A DNA stretch of 38,247 nt from Puniceicoccaceae bacterium (lineage in GTDB: Bacteria; Verrucomicrobiota; Verrucomicrobiia; Opitutales; Coraliomargaritaceae), in contig PXBU01000102.1 of the NCBI GenBank assembly GCA_003566795.1, forward strand, positions 1 to 38,247. Direction: 5' to 3'. A program made the position numbers and the translations under genes. Below the pieces are notes generated by a model. It was not told the DNA's origin, made no database searches, and saw only the letters and a list, made by a program, of their open reading frames with translations. Below are positions 28,435 to 37,973 of the stretch, one piece after another; position 1 is the stretch's first letter; the number at the start of each line of letters is the position of its first letter.

Positions 28435-29715
28435 ATGAAGCAAAAAACCACCATTTCACGCCGTGAGGCACTCAAAGGTCTGGGACTGCTGGCGACGATC
28501 CAGATCGTCCCACGCCACGTGCTGGGTGGTGCTGGGTATACGCCTCCCAGTGAGGTGCTGACCAAGGGGATCATCGGATGCGGGAACATCTCCGCCCAGC
28601 ATCTTAATATGCCGGGGAAGTTACTCGCCCTCTGTGATGTCGATACGAAACATCTCGCGCGGCGCAAAGCGCAGGCCGTGGAAATGGGTGCGGCTGATGT
28701 GGCCGGTTACCACGACTATCGCGAGCTGATCGCCCGCGACGACATCGATATCGTGCACATCGCCACGCCGCCGCACTGGCATGCGCTGATGGCCATCGAT
28801 GCGGCAAAAGCGGGCAAAGACATTGTCTGCGAAAAGCCCATGAGCCGGACCATCGGTGAAGGTGTCGCTATGATGAACGCAGTGCAGCAAGCAGAGCGCA
28901 TTTTCCGGCTCAATACCTGGTTCCGTTTCCGAGGCGGGTTTTATGGCATGGGAATGCCGGTGGCTCCTATCAAGCAAGCCGTGCAGGCAGGCTTGTTCGG
29001 TTGGCCGCTGACCATCACGGTGGGCGCAGGCACTGGATTTAACTGGAAACTGGATATGTGGACGGGCCGGACTGATCTGACCCCGCAGCCAGTGCCGGAG
29101 CACTTTGACTATGATTTTTGGCTCGGGCCTGCGCCGAAGAAGCCTTATCATCCCCATCGGACGCACGACACCTTCCGGGGTTATTGGGATTATGATGGCG
29201 GCGGCTTGGGTGATATGGGGCAGCACTACCTGGACCCGGTTCAATTCATTCTGGGGAAGGATAACGAAGCCCCCATCAGTGTCGAAATCGATGCCGACCC
29301 GCAGCACGAGGATGCGATCGGGCTGTGGCGGCGAATTATTTATACCTATGCGGATGGTTGCCGGGTGGTGCTCGATGGTGAGGGGAAGGATACGAAGACT
29401 AAATATATTCAGGGGCCCAAGGGCTGGATGGGCAGACGCTTTGAGTCGAATATTCCGGACCTACGCCAAAAGGTCGCCCAGTTGCCGCCGCTCGAACCCG
29501 TCGTGACGGACTTCCACGAGGCTGTGCGAACACGCAAGCAATTTGCCCTCAATGAGGAAAACGGTTTCTGGTCCACGACAATGATTAATATGGGCATTAC
29601 CGCCCACCGGCTGAATAAAAACCTCAACTTTGACAGCAAGACGCTCACCTTTGATGATGACGAAGCTAATCAACTCGTGCATCAGCCGATGCGTGGACCC
29701 TGGCGCCTTGGGTAA
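28435..29715 (+). CDS. Tat-exported Gfo/Idh/MocA family oxidoreductase
   Basis: Twin-arginine signal SRREALK, GIIGCG, IATPPHWH, CEKP, WLGPAP and DMGQH. Confidence 0.9.
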   Translation: MKQKTTISRREALKGLGLLATIQIVPRHVLGGAGYTPPSEVLTKGIIGCGNISAQHLNMPGKLLALCDVDTKHLARRKAQAVEMGAADVAGYHDYRELIARDDIDIVHIATPPHWHALMAIDAAKAGKDIVCEKPMSRTIGEGVAMMNAVQQAERIFRLNTWFRFRGGFYGMGMPVAPIKQAVQAGLFGWPLTITVGAGTGFNWKLDMWTGRTDLTPQPVPEHFDYDFWLGPAPKKPYHPHRTHDTFRGYWDYDGGGLGDMGQHYLDPVQFILGKDNEAPISVEIDADPQHEDAIGLWRRIIYTYADGCRVVLDGEGKDTKTKYIQGPKGWMGRRFESNIPDLRQKVAQLPPLEPVVTDFHEAVRTRKQFALNEENGFWSTTMINMGITAHRLNKNLNFDSKTLTFDDDEANQLVHQPMRGPWRLG

Positions 29716-29726
29716 TAGGCTTTTTC

Positions 29727-29808
29727 TTGTAGCGGATCGGCGATAGCCGTTGCGTGCGATAGGCCGCTTGATCCACGAGTCGGAATAATTGTCGTCATTC
29801 CGCTACAA
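29727..29808. repeat. Inverted GTAG-hairpin doublet (REPIN-like)
   Basis: Terminal inverted repeats TTGTAGCGGA...TCCGCTACAA. Each arm folds: CGGATCGGC-GATA-GCCGTTGCG and, on the minus strand, CGGAATGAC-GACA-ATTATTCCG. Confidence 0.7.
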
Positions 29809-29832
29809 ACTAAACATTAAAATAAGTTTCCT

Positions 29833-30909
29833 ATGAACAAAAAATTAAGAGTATTGTGCCTCGGAGCCGGACACATGGGCCGCTCCCATGCCCTGGCCTA
29901 TCATCGGATTCCGGACTTCGAGATTGTGGGGATCGTCACCCGTTCGCCCGAATCACGCGGTGCGCTCAATCAAGAACTGGGCGGTGGCTATGCCGAGTTT
30001 GGAGATTATTACGAAGCCTTGACAGCGACTCAGCCGGACGTGGTGGCGATTTCAACCTATCCGGACACGCACAAAGACTACGCCTTGGCGGCCTTGGCGG
30101 CCGGTGCGCATGTCTTTATTGAGAAGCCACTGGCGGAGACCGTTGCGGGTGCCGAGGAGGTGGTCGCTGCGGCCAAGGCGGCCGACCGGAAGTTGGTGAT
30201 CGGCTACATCCTGCGTCACCATCCCAGCTGGGTGAAATTTACCGAGGTGGCTCAAACACTGGGCAAGCCGCTGGTGATGCGGATGAACCTGAACCAGCAG
30301 TCCTCCGGCAAGAATTGGGAGACGCATAAGAACCTGATGGCTTCGATCCCCCCGGTGGTCGATTGCGGGGTGCACTATGTCGATGTCATGTGCCAAATGA
30401 CGCGCTCGAAGCCGGTGCGCGTTTCGGGCTTGCGGGCCCGACTCTCGGACGAGTTGCCGGCGGGCATGGTCAACTACGGCCACCTGCAGGTCACCTTTGA
30501 GGATGGCTCGGTCGGCTGGTATGAGGCCGGCTGGGGGCCGATGATGAGCGAGACAGCCTTCTTTGTCAAAGACGTGGTCGGTCCGAAAGGCTCGGTCACG
30601 ATCTCCGCCCGGTCTGCGGGAGGTGAGGGCGCCTCGTCCGAAGTGGATGCCCATACCAAGACCGAGGCACTGCGCCTGCACCACAGCACGCTCGATGCCG
30701 AGGGGAAGTTCGCCAAGTCCGATGACTGGATCGACATGGAAGACGAGCCGGACCACGATGAGCTCTGCAAGCGCGAGCAGGAATACTTGCTGCGAGCGAT
30801 CCGCGAGAATCTTGACCTGAGCGACCACATGGAAGATGCCCTTAACTCCATGCGCATTGTGGCAGCGGCGGATGAATCATCCCAGACCGGTCAGACCGTG
30901 CAGCTTTAG
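29833..30909 (+). CDS. Gfo/Idh/MocA family oxidoreductase
   Basis: LGAGHMGRSH, HVFIEKPLA and DCGVHYVD. Confidence 0.9.
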   Translation: MNKKLRVLCLGAGHMGRSHALAYHRIPDFEIVGIVTRSPESRGALNQELGGGYAEFGDYYEALTATQPDVVAISTYPDTHKDYALAALAAGAHVFIEKPLAETVAGAEEVVAAAKAADRKLVIGYILRHHPSWVKFTEVAQTLGKPLVMRMNLNQQSSGKNWETHKNLMASIPPVVDCGVHYVDVMCQMTRSKPVRVSGLRARLSDELPAGMVNYGHLQVTFEDGSVGWYEAGWGPMMSETAFFVKDVVGPKGSVTISARSAGGEGASSEVDAHTKTEALRLHHSTLDAEGKFAKSDDWIDMEDEPDHDELCKREQEYLLRAIRENLDLSDHMEDALNSMRIVAAADESSQTGQTVQL

Positions 30910-30963
30910 GAAGCTGCAATTCGTTATTGCTGACTGGTCTGACCGTGTACAAAAGAATATCAC

Positions 30964-32229
30964 ATGACTAAACCATTGCGTATTGCCATCCTGGGCTGTG
31001 GATCCCGGGGCCGAACTTACGGGCGGATCGCCGCCACTATGCCCGACCGCTATGAGCTGGTGGCGGTGGCAGACCGCGATGCGGCTAAGACGGCGACGCT
31101 TGCTGAATTGAGAGATCCCGGTGTTATTCAGCAATTCGACTCGGATGCGTCGCTATTCGCCGCCGGTAAGCTCGCCGATGTTTTGATGATTTGCACCCAG
31201 GATGCCGACCACTACGGTAACGCCATGGACGCGATGGACCTCGGCTACGACCTGCTACTGGAAAAGCCGGCTGCCGAGACGCTGGAACGCTGTGAGGCGC
31301 TCGACCAAAAAGCCCGCGAGAAGGGTTGCCGCATCCTCCCCTGCTTTGTGCTGCGCTACACCCCTTTTTACCAGGCGGTTCGGCAATTCATCGATAGCGG
31401 GCGTTTGGGACGTATTATCACCATCCGGGCCACCGAGGGGGTGGAGGCCTTCCATCAGGCCCACTCCTACGTGCGCGGCCACTGGGCGAAGTCGGAAAAT
31501 TCCTCACCGATGATTGTTGCCAAGTGCTCGCACGATACGGATCTCATGTGCTGGTTCGCTGATTCCACACCGAAAGCCATCACCAGCCACGGTCGGCTCG
31601 ATTGGTTTAAAAAGGAGAATGCCCCCGAAGGCGCCCCCCTGCGTTGCACCGATGGCTGCCCAGTGGCGGATGATTGCATCTTCGATGCCCATCGCTACCT
31701 CAATGAGAAACGCAACTTCCTGCGGATGGTCATGCCGGGAGCAGAGGGTGAGACGGGCGCCTACGAACTGCCCGAGGAGCCGATCCTTGAATTTCTCAAG
31801 ACTTCTCCTTGGGGCCGCTGTGTCTATCATTGCGACAATGATGTGGTCGATCACCAAGTGCTGGCCTGTGAAATGGAAAATGGTGTGACCGCTACGCTGA
31901 CGATGACCGCCTTTGATTGCGATCGCACCATCGAGATTCATGGCACGCGTGGTTCCCTCAGAGGCGGCGAGCCTTATCAACGTGGCGGAGCCCATGAGCT
32001 GTGGTTCTATGATCACCGCGACGGTAAGGTAGAGGCGATCCCGGTGGATCAGACCAAAGGCGAAGGCTACGCCAGCCACGGCGGTGGCGACTTCGGTATT
32101 GTGGATGCTCTCGACCGCTTATTTGCCGGCCCGCATGCCTTGTCGCCCGGACTCGATGGCCTCGCCGGTCACCGGCTCGCCTATCAGGCGGAAGCATCAC
32201 GTCTCGCTCATGGTCTGCCTAAAAGCTGA
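30964..32229 (+). CDS. Gfo/Idh/MocA family oxidoreductase with a Cys-rich insertion
   Basis: ILGCGSRG, LLLEKP, HSYVRGHW, AKCSHD.D, CTDGCP...C, GRCVYHCDNDVVDHQ and HGGGD. Confidence 0.9.
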   Translation: MTKPLRIAILGCGSRGRTYGRIAATMPDRYELVAVADRDAAKTATLAELRDPGVIQQFDSDASLFAAGKLADVLMICTQDADHYGNAMDAMDLGYDLLLEKPAAETLERCEALDQKAREKGCRILPCFVLRYTPFYQAVRQFIDSGRLGRIITIRATEGVEAFHQAHSYVRGHWAKSENSSPMIVAKCSHDTDLMCWFADSTPKAITSHGRLDWFKKENAPEGAPLRCTDGCPVADDCIFDAHRYLNEKRNFLRMVMPGAEGETGAYELPEEPILEFLKTSPWGRCVYHCDNDVVDHQVLACEMENGVTATLTMTAFDCDRTIEIHGTRGSLRGGEPYQRGGAHELWFYDHRDGKVEAIPVDQTKGEGYASHGGGDFGIVDALDRLFAGPHALSPGLDGLAGHRLAYQAEASRLAHGLPKS

Positions 32230-32292
32230 TTTTCTTGGGTTGATGGCAGCAGAGGTCCTCTGAGTCGTCTCCCGTAACACGAAACAAGTCGC

Positions 32293-32886
32293 ATGGACAA
32301 AGAACCCAAAGGCAGAAGCCTCCAACTCTCCGACCAGGAGCGGGCGGCGCTATCCGACAAAATGCACGCGCAAATACTGGAGTCTCGGCGAGTGGGCTTC
32401 TCTCTGCGCGGGAGCGACGAAATCATCTCCCAATGCCTTGTGGCTGAAATGCCCGGCACGCCCGCGGGTGAAGTCAGCTGCTGCGGGGCCAAGGATTTTC
32501 TGATCGATGAGATTCGCGAGTTTACCGACGCCGAGGGGAATCCGTCGCAGGTCCGCTGCGCCTCTTCAGCTATTCTGGAGATGACGGATGCGCCGATACA
32601 TCTCCATGCCGCTACCCTGGAATACTATATCATCCTCTCCGGCAGCGGAAAGATGGTGCTCGGGTGTGGTGCCTCGGAGCGGATCGTCCCAGTGAAAGAG
32701 GGTAGTGTTGTCTTGTTGCCGCCGGGCCAGCCTCACGGAATCGCCTCCGACGATGCGGAAGTGCCCATCAAGGCTTTGCTCATCTTTAGCCCGGGTCTGG
32801 CCCCGGTCAGCCTGCCAGAATTCCGCGACGAGGAAATCATCCACCCCCGCACCTCGGAGCGGTTGCGCGTGCTGGAAGCGATGTGA
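32293..32886 (+). CDS. Cupin-domain protein
   Basis: HLHAATLEYYIILSGSG and VLLPPGQPH are cupin metal-binding motifs 1 and 2. Confidence 0.85.
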   Translation: MDKEPKGRSLQLSDQERAALSDKMHAQILESRRVGFSLRGSDEIISQCLVAEMPGTPAGEVSCCGAKDFLIDEIREFTDAEGNPSQVRCASSAILEMTDAPIHLHAATLEYYIILSGSGKMVLGCGASERIVPVKEGSVVLLPPGQPHGIASDDAEVPIKALLIFSPGLAPVSLPEFRDEEIIHPRTSERLRVLEAM

Positions 32887-32903
32887 AGCTATTTGACTGC
32901 CTT

Positions 32904-34973
32904 TCACCGCGCAAAAACCTCGGCCCGGTTTTCCCGGTCGAAGCGCTGGTAGTCCTTGATCGGCAGCGCATCCAGAAAGCGCGGCCCGTAGGTCTTGGTC
33001 AAAACCCGTGAATCGAGGATGACGATGCGGCCGGTGTCCTCGTGGCGGCGGATGAGCCGACCGATGCCCTGGCGGAATTTGACCAGTGCGTCCGGCACCG
33101 TCATTTCGGCGAAAGGGTTGCCGCCTCGGGCGCGGATGTGCTCGCTGCGGGCCTCGCTCACGGGATGGCCGGGGTTCTCGAAAGGAAGCCGCGCGAGGAT
33201 GACCTGGGAAAGGGCCGGGCCGGGCACGTCGACTCCGGTCCAGAAACTGTCCGTGCCGAAGAGCACGCCGTTGCCCGCATCGGCGAAGCGGCGGGTCAGC
33301 TCGGTGCGCGCCTGGCCGGCACCCTGCGCGAAAAGTGGGCGGTTGATCTTTTTAAGAAAGCCTTCGCAGCGCTCGGCCACCTTGCGCAGGTCGAAATAAC
33401 TGGTGAAGAGCACGAGACTGCCGCCGGGTTCGTCGCGCACGCACCAGCTGATCATGTTGGCCAGGTAGTCGAGATCGAGCCGTCCCTGCCCGGGCTCGGG
33501 CTGCGGGGCGTCGCTGGCGATATAGACGCGACAGTTCTTCTCGTAGTTAAAAGGTGAATACACCATTTTGGCATCCGCCACCTCCGCACCGGTCTTTTGC
33601 TGGAAGGCCTCCAGCGTGCGTCCGTCCGAGAGCGTGGCACTGGTCATGATCGCCGCCGTGCCCCGGCTGAAGAGGGCCTCGCGGAGGTAGGGGGCCACGT
33701 CGAGCGGAGCCGTGCGCAGGGTCACGATCTGGCCCTTCTTGCCGCCGCGCTCCAGCCACTGCACATGGTCCTCCTCCGCGTATTCCACGAAGCCGTTGAT
33801 CCCGTCGCGGTAGCCGAGGATGCGCCGCCGGTGGTCGCGCAACTCGTCTTGCAGGCGTTCGTCGTCGATCTTCTGAATGATGGCTGCGAGCCGTTCCGCC
33901 ACTTCCTTGAGCGGGCCGGAGACGAGGTTCTCGCAAAAACCACCCTCGTGGATCCGCTGCACGGATTTCTTCGTCAGAAAGGTGTCGCCCAGGTAGCTGA
34001 AAAACTCTGCCGCCGCGTCGAGGGCGTTGTCCACCGCGTCCTGGTCCCACTTCTCGCCGACTTTCCGAAGGACGCCACGGTTGGCGCGCGGGTTGTAGAT
34101 ACGCTTGAGGGCCCGGTCCACCGCGAAGGAGCTGATGTGCAGGCCGAAGTGGTCGGTGGCGATGGCGGGCACGCGGTGGGCCTCGTCGAGCACCACGAAG
34201 TCGTCGGCGAGCAGCACGCCCTTGGCCTCGCCTTCCGGACCCATGCCGGCGTTGATCAGGGAGAAGAGCAGGCTGTGGTTAACGATCACGCAGTTGGCAC
34301 TGAGCAGTTGCTTGCGGGCGCGTTGGTAGAAGCAGACGCTGGAGTCGCAGTTCTTGCGCGAGCAGGTCGAGCTGTCGGCGTTGATCGCATCCCAGACATC
34401 GGGGTGGGGCGCGGGGGCGAGTTCCTGCAGTAGGCCGTTCTTGCTCGTGGCCGACCACGTGGCGATGCGGGTCAGATCGGCCCGCTCTTCGGCGGGAAAC
34501 ATTTCGGTCTGCGCGGATTTGGCCTCCTTCAGTGCGTTGCCCAGTCGGGTGGTGCAGCAGTAGTTGCCTTTGCCCAGCAGCATGGCGGTCCTGAACTTCG
34601 CATAGCGGCCCAGCTCCGGCACCGCCTCGAAGAGCTGGCGGCAGATTTTCAAGTCCTTGTTCCGGATCTGTTCCTGCAGGCTGATGGTGTGGCTGGACAC
34701 CACGAAGGGCCGCTCGCTGTCGATGGAGTGGATGATCCCCGGGATCAGGTAAGCCAGGCTCTTGCCCACGCCCGTGCCCGCCTCGAAGAGCAGCGGATGG
34801 TCGCCCTCCAGCGAGCGGGCCACCGCCTCCGCCATCTGCGCCTGCTCCGGCCGGTGGGCCAGCCCGAGCTTGTCCTGCAGGTAGCCGCCCTCCTCGAAGA
34901 CCGAACGCACCATTCGACCGAGGTAGCCGGTCTCCGGCTTACTGCCGCCGCTCTGTTCGATGAGTCCGATCAT
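32904..34973 (-). CDS. dinG: DinG/YoaA family ATP-dependent DNA helicase
   Basis: RPEQ, EAGTGVGKSLAYL, Fe-S cysteines, LDEAH, TSATL, LVLFTSY, FWTGVDVPG and FRQGIGRLIR. Confidence 0.93.
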   Translation of the reverse strand: MIGLIEQSGGSKPETGYLGRMVRSVFEEGGYLQDKLGLAHRPEQAQMAEAVARSLEGDHPLLFEAGTGVGKSLAYLIPGIIHSIDSERPFVVSSHTISLQEQIRNKDLKICRQLFEAVPELGRYAKFRTAMLLGKGNYCCTTRLGNALKEAKSAQTEMFPAEERADLTRIATWSATSKNGLLQELAPAPHPDVWDAINADSSTCSRKNCDSSVCFYQRARKQLLSANCVIVNHSLLFSLINAGMGPEGEAKGVLLADDFVVLDEAHRVPAIATDHFGLHISSFAVDRALKRIYNPRANRGVLRKVGEKWDQDAVDNALDAAAEFFSYLGDTFLTKKSVQRIHEGGFCENLVSGPLKEVAERLAAIIQKIDDERLQDELRDHRRRILGYRDGINGFVEYAEEDHVQWLERGGKKGQIVTLRTAPLDVAPYLREALFSRGTAAIMTSATLSDGRTLEAFQQKTGAEVADAKMVYSPFNYEKNCRVYIASDAPQPEPGQGRLDLDYLANMISWCVRDEPGGSLVLFTSYFDLRKVAERCEGFLKKINRPLFAQGAGQARTELTRRFADAGNGVLFGTDSFWTGVDVPGPALSQVILARLPFENPGHPVSEARSEHIRARGGNPFAEMTVPDALVKFRQGIGRLIRRHEDTGRIVILDSRVLTKTYGPRFLDALPIKDYQRFDRENRAEVFAR

Positions 34974-35104
34974 GATGTTACTAAATGCTTAATGGCTGAG
35001 GTTTCTTTGGCTTGGATGTTTGGCTCATGATTATACTGATTAATCCTAGCAAATCGTGGGTTAGAGCCGACTGCAAGACAAGGTCATAGCATCCCGGGCG
35101 CTGT

Positions 35105-35146
35105 GTAGCTCTAGTCAGTAAAGCCGGGCACCAGAGGTGGAACTAC
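35105..35146. repeat. Degenerate GTAG-ended inverted repeat (REP-like)
   Basis: GTAGCTCTA...TGGAACTAC; the minus-strand arm reads GTAGTTCCACCTCTGG. Confidence 0.3.
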
Positions 35147-35187
35147 CGCTGAATCCATCGCCTGAGTGGGGCTTTCACAAATATAGC

Positions 35188-35215
35188 TTGAAATGTAGCA
35201 CTTACGTGCCACATT
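35188..35215 (+). promoter_or_regulatory. Promoter with overlapping palindromic operator of the dinJ-yafQ remnant
   Basis: TTGAAA-N16-CACATT overlapped by AATGTAGCAC-TTAC-GTGCCACATT (10-bp arms, 1 mismatch), 6 nt before ATG 35222. Confidence 0.6.
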
Positions 35216-35221
35216 AATGGC

Positions 35222-35381
35222 ATGCGCAAGACAGCTACGCGATCACCGTTTGATTGGGAATTATGCCGGGAGCCGGGACTGCCACATCGAGCCGGATTGG
35301 GTTTTGATTTTCACGCTTTCCGAGGATGACACGCATGTGACCTTTGAACGAACAGGCAGTCACGCGGATCTTTTCAGTTAG
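35222..35381 (+). pseudogene. yafQ: Collapsed dinJ-yafQ toxin-antitoxin locus (antitoxin start fused out of frame to toxin C-half)
   Basis: ATG 35222 gives MRKTAT (RelB/DinJ-like start). The overlapping frame gives LRDHRLIGNYAGSRDCHIEPDWVLIFTLSEDDTHVTFERTGSHADLFS*, a clear YafQ C-terminal half. Confidence 0.85.
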
Positions 35382-37732
35382 AGAGTTTCAAGCGCCCCAT
35401 CAAAGGCATAGACGCTTCCGGCTTCGGTGGGCATGGCGTCAATCACTTGCTTGCCGTATTGGACCGACATGGGGCGGCCCTTGAGCGATTGGATCCGCAC
35501 TTCCGTTAAACGACCGTCGGCCCAGGCCAGGTCGACTTCGAAGCCGCCGCGGGCCTTGAGGCCTTTGAGCTCGCCCTTGGGCCAGGCCTCCGGCAGGGCG
35601 GGCAGGAGATGGATGACGTCGTTTTGCGACTGGAGGAGCATCTCGCAGACACCGGCGGCATAGCCGAAGTTGCCATCGATCTGGAAGGGGGGATGGAAGC
35701 TGAGGAGGTTGATGAAGAAGTTGCCGTGGATTTGTTCGCGCAGCAGTTTGTAGGCGCGGTCGCCGTCGTGCAGGCGGGCCCACATGCTGATCTTCCAGGC
35801 TTTGCTCCAGCCGGTGCCGCCGTCGCCCCGGGCGTTGAGCGAGACGCGTGCGGCCTCGGCCAGTTCCGGGGTGGTGGTGGGGGAGATCTGGCGCAGGGGG
35901 TGGACCGCCAGGAGGTGGGAGAGGTGGCGATGCTGGTCGTTCGGGTCGTCGCGATCCTCGGCCCATTCCTGGAGCTGGCCCCAGCTTCCGATTTGGGGGC
36001 CGAGCAGGCGGGCACGCATGGACTTGATCTTCTCGCGGTAGTCTTCGTCGCGGTCGAGAATGGTGGAGGCCTCGATGAAGTTCGTAAACAGATCGTAGAC
36101 CAGTTGTTGCTCGTAAGAGTTGCCTTCCATTTCGGGGCCGTGCTCGGGCGACTGGCTCTTGGGGCTGACCAATTTTCCGTTGGGCCACTCGATGAGAGTG
36201 TCTTCCCAGAACTGGCACTGCTCCTTGATTAGGGGGTAGGCTCGTGTCTCCAAATACTCGCGATCCAGGGTGAAGGTATAATGATCCCAGAGGTTATTCA
36301 GCAGCCAGGGGGCATCGCCAAGATACCACTTAAAGGTCTGTCCGCCGAAGATCCCGTTCTCGGCGCGGTGGGCCCAGCCCCGGGCATCGAAGGCCTCCCT
36401 GGTCGGCTCGCGTTTGACCGGAACGACCGACCAGAGCCACTCCGAGAGGGGCGTGAAGCATTCGGACAGGTTGGCGGGTCCGGTGAACCAGTAGTTCATC
36501 TGGAGGTTGACGTCGGTATGGTAGTCGCTGCGCCAGGGTGGATTGTTGCTGTGGTTCCAAATGCCCTGCAAGTTGGCGGGCAGGGTGCCCGCACGCGAGG
36601 AGGCGATCATGAGATAGCGGGCATACTGGAAAATGAGTGCCTCCAGCCCGGGGTCGGCTCGGCCGCCTTCCAATTCGAGCGCGTTCTGTTCGTAGCTAAG
36701 CCAGTTTTTGGGCTGTTGCTTAGCCAGTCCGCGGTAGGCGTTGAGTCGCTCGCCGGTGGGCATGTCGGTGGCATCCTCCGGGCTCTTGCCGAGATTCAGG
36801 GAGAGCCTGTTGAAGAGTGATTGGTAGTCGGCGATGTGCTCGCTTCGCAGGTTTTGGTAGCGCTTCGCCGCGGCCCGCGTCAGGCGGTCCACGATGGATT
36901 GATGCGGATGCTCGCCCTTCCAGCCCTGCTCGCGCCGGTTGACGTAATCGGTGCCGCCATCCAGAAAGATGAGCAAGCTGTCGCAGTTCTCGAAGCGAAG
37001 CGCACCCCCCTCGGCGCTCAGGCTGCCCCCCTGGTGGAGCACCCGGGCCCGGGCCTCGTAGTCGAGCCGGATCTTGTAGTTCGGCTCGCCGCCTTTACCG
37101 GAAAGTCTGTGCTTGCCGGAGAGCGTGCCGGAGAAAAAGACTTCGTTGCCCTCGGCCCCCACACTCCCCTCGTGCGCGTCCTTGAGCAAGAGTCGGCCAC
37201 TGAACGCGCCGGGCTGATCGGCAGTCAGGCGAAAGACCAAGACGTTGGCCGGATGACTGGCAAAATATTCGCGCTGATAGCGGATGCCACCGTTTTCGTA
37301 ACGCACGGTGTGGATCGCTTGGCTGATATCCAGTTCGCGCTGGTAGTCGGCATGGCCAGTGGAGGACGATGCGTCATCGCTCGTATCGAATTCGATCAAA
37401 AGATCGCCGAGGGCCTGATACGAGCCCGTGTCCTGCTCGTCCCCGATCCAGACGCTGTCTTCGTTGAATTGAATGTGCTCGCGATCAACCGTGCCATAGA
37501 TCATCGCCCCGAGGCGTCCATTGCCGATCGGCAGGCACTCCGATTGCCAATCCTCCGCCGGTGCCTCGTAGCGCAGGGTCAGGTCAGTTCCCCTGGTATC
37601 CGCTTCCTGGGCGGGAGCCTCTGTTGTCTTCGAGGCAGCACAGCTGCTTAAAAAAAGAGCCAGCAAAGCAAGGCCGCCGGTCCAGAGTCCGTGCTTGATA
37701 AAAGAAAGGCTGATGGAGGTGCTTCTATTCAT
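35378..37732 (-). CDS. Glycoside hydrolase family 95 (alpha-L-fucosidase / L-galactosidase-like) lipoprotein
   Basis: LPIGNGRLGAM, QYARYLMIASSR..LPANLQGIWN, DYHTDVNLQMNYW, SPEHG, HRHLSHL and PPFQIDGNFG. Lipobox FLSSC. Start at ATG 37732. Confidence 0.95.
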   Translation of the reverse strand: MNRSTSISLSFIKHGLWTGGLALLALFLSSCAASKTTEAPAQEADTRGTDLTLRYEAPAEDWQSECLPIGNGRLGAMIYGTVDREHIQFNEDSVWIGDEQDTGSYQALGDLLIEFDTSDDASSSTGHADYQRELDISQAIHTVRYENGGIRYQREYFASHPANVLVFRLTADQPGAFSGRLLLKDAHEGSVGAEGNEVFFSGTLSGKHRLSGKGGEPNYKIRLDYEARARVLHQGGSLSAEGGALRFENCDSLLIFLDGGTDYVNRREQGWKGEHPHQSIVDRLTRAAAKRYQNLRSEHIADYQSLFNRLSLNLGKSPEDATDMPTGERLNAYRGLAKQQPKNWLSYEQNALELEGGRADPGLEALIFQYARYLMIASSRAGTLPANLQGIWNHSNNPPWRSDYHTDVNLQMNYWFTGPANLSECFTPLSEWLWSVVPVKREPTREAFDARGWAHRAENGIFGGQTFKWYLGDAPWLLNNLWDHYTFTLDREYLETRAYPLIKEQCQFWEDTLIEWPNGKLVSPKSQSPEHGPEMEGNSYEQQLVYDLFTNFIEASTILDRDEDYREKIKSMRARLLGPQIGSWGQLQEWAEDRDDPNDQHRHLSHLLAVHPLRQISPTTTPELAEAARVSLNARGDGGTGWSKAWKISMWARLHDGDRAYKLLREQIHGNFFINLLSFHPPFQIDGNFGYAAGVCEMLLQSQNDVIHLLPALPEAWPKGELKGLKARGGFEVDLAWADGRLTEVRIQSLKGRPMSVQYGKQVIDAMPTEAGSVYAFDGALETL

Positions 37733-37973
37733 GGTATTTGCAGACGAAAAGAATCTGAGTGGGTGCTCTCGGGGCAAAATGGCTTTTCTGCGGTCGGGGT
37801 CAATCCTGCTTGATCGGAATGGATGCGTGTTGAGGATAAACCCTTTCCTGCGGGAAGAAATTAGCTTCTTTTTTCGGGGAAATTCTAATAAATGTTTTCC
37901 CGCAACGTCATCACTTTTGAACGAAGTTGTTTTCCGATGGCACTAACCCCGTTAACCCCGCCCTGCGACACCT

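Noticed and set aside
32249-32263. CAGAGG-T-CCTCTG palindrome upstream of the cupin gene
   Set aside because: It is a single short palindrome with no second copy found and is plausible by chance.
34981-35028. 15-aa ORF (MSQTSKPKKPQPLSI) upstream of dinG on the minus strand
   Set aside because: It is too short and has no motif or clear RBS, so it cannot be distinguished from chance.
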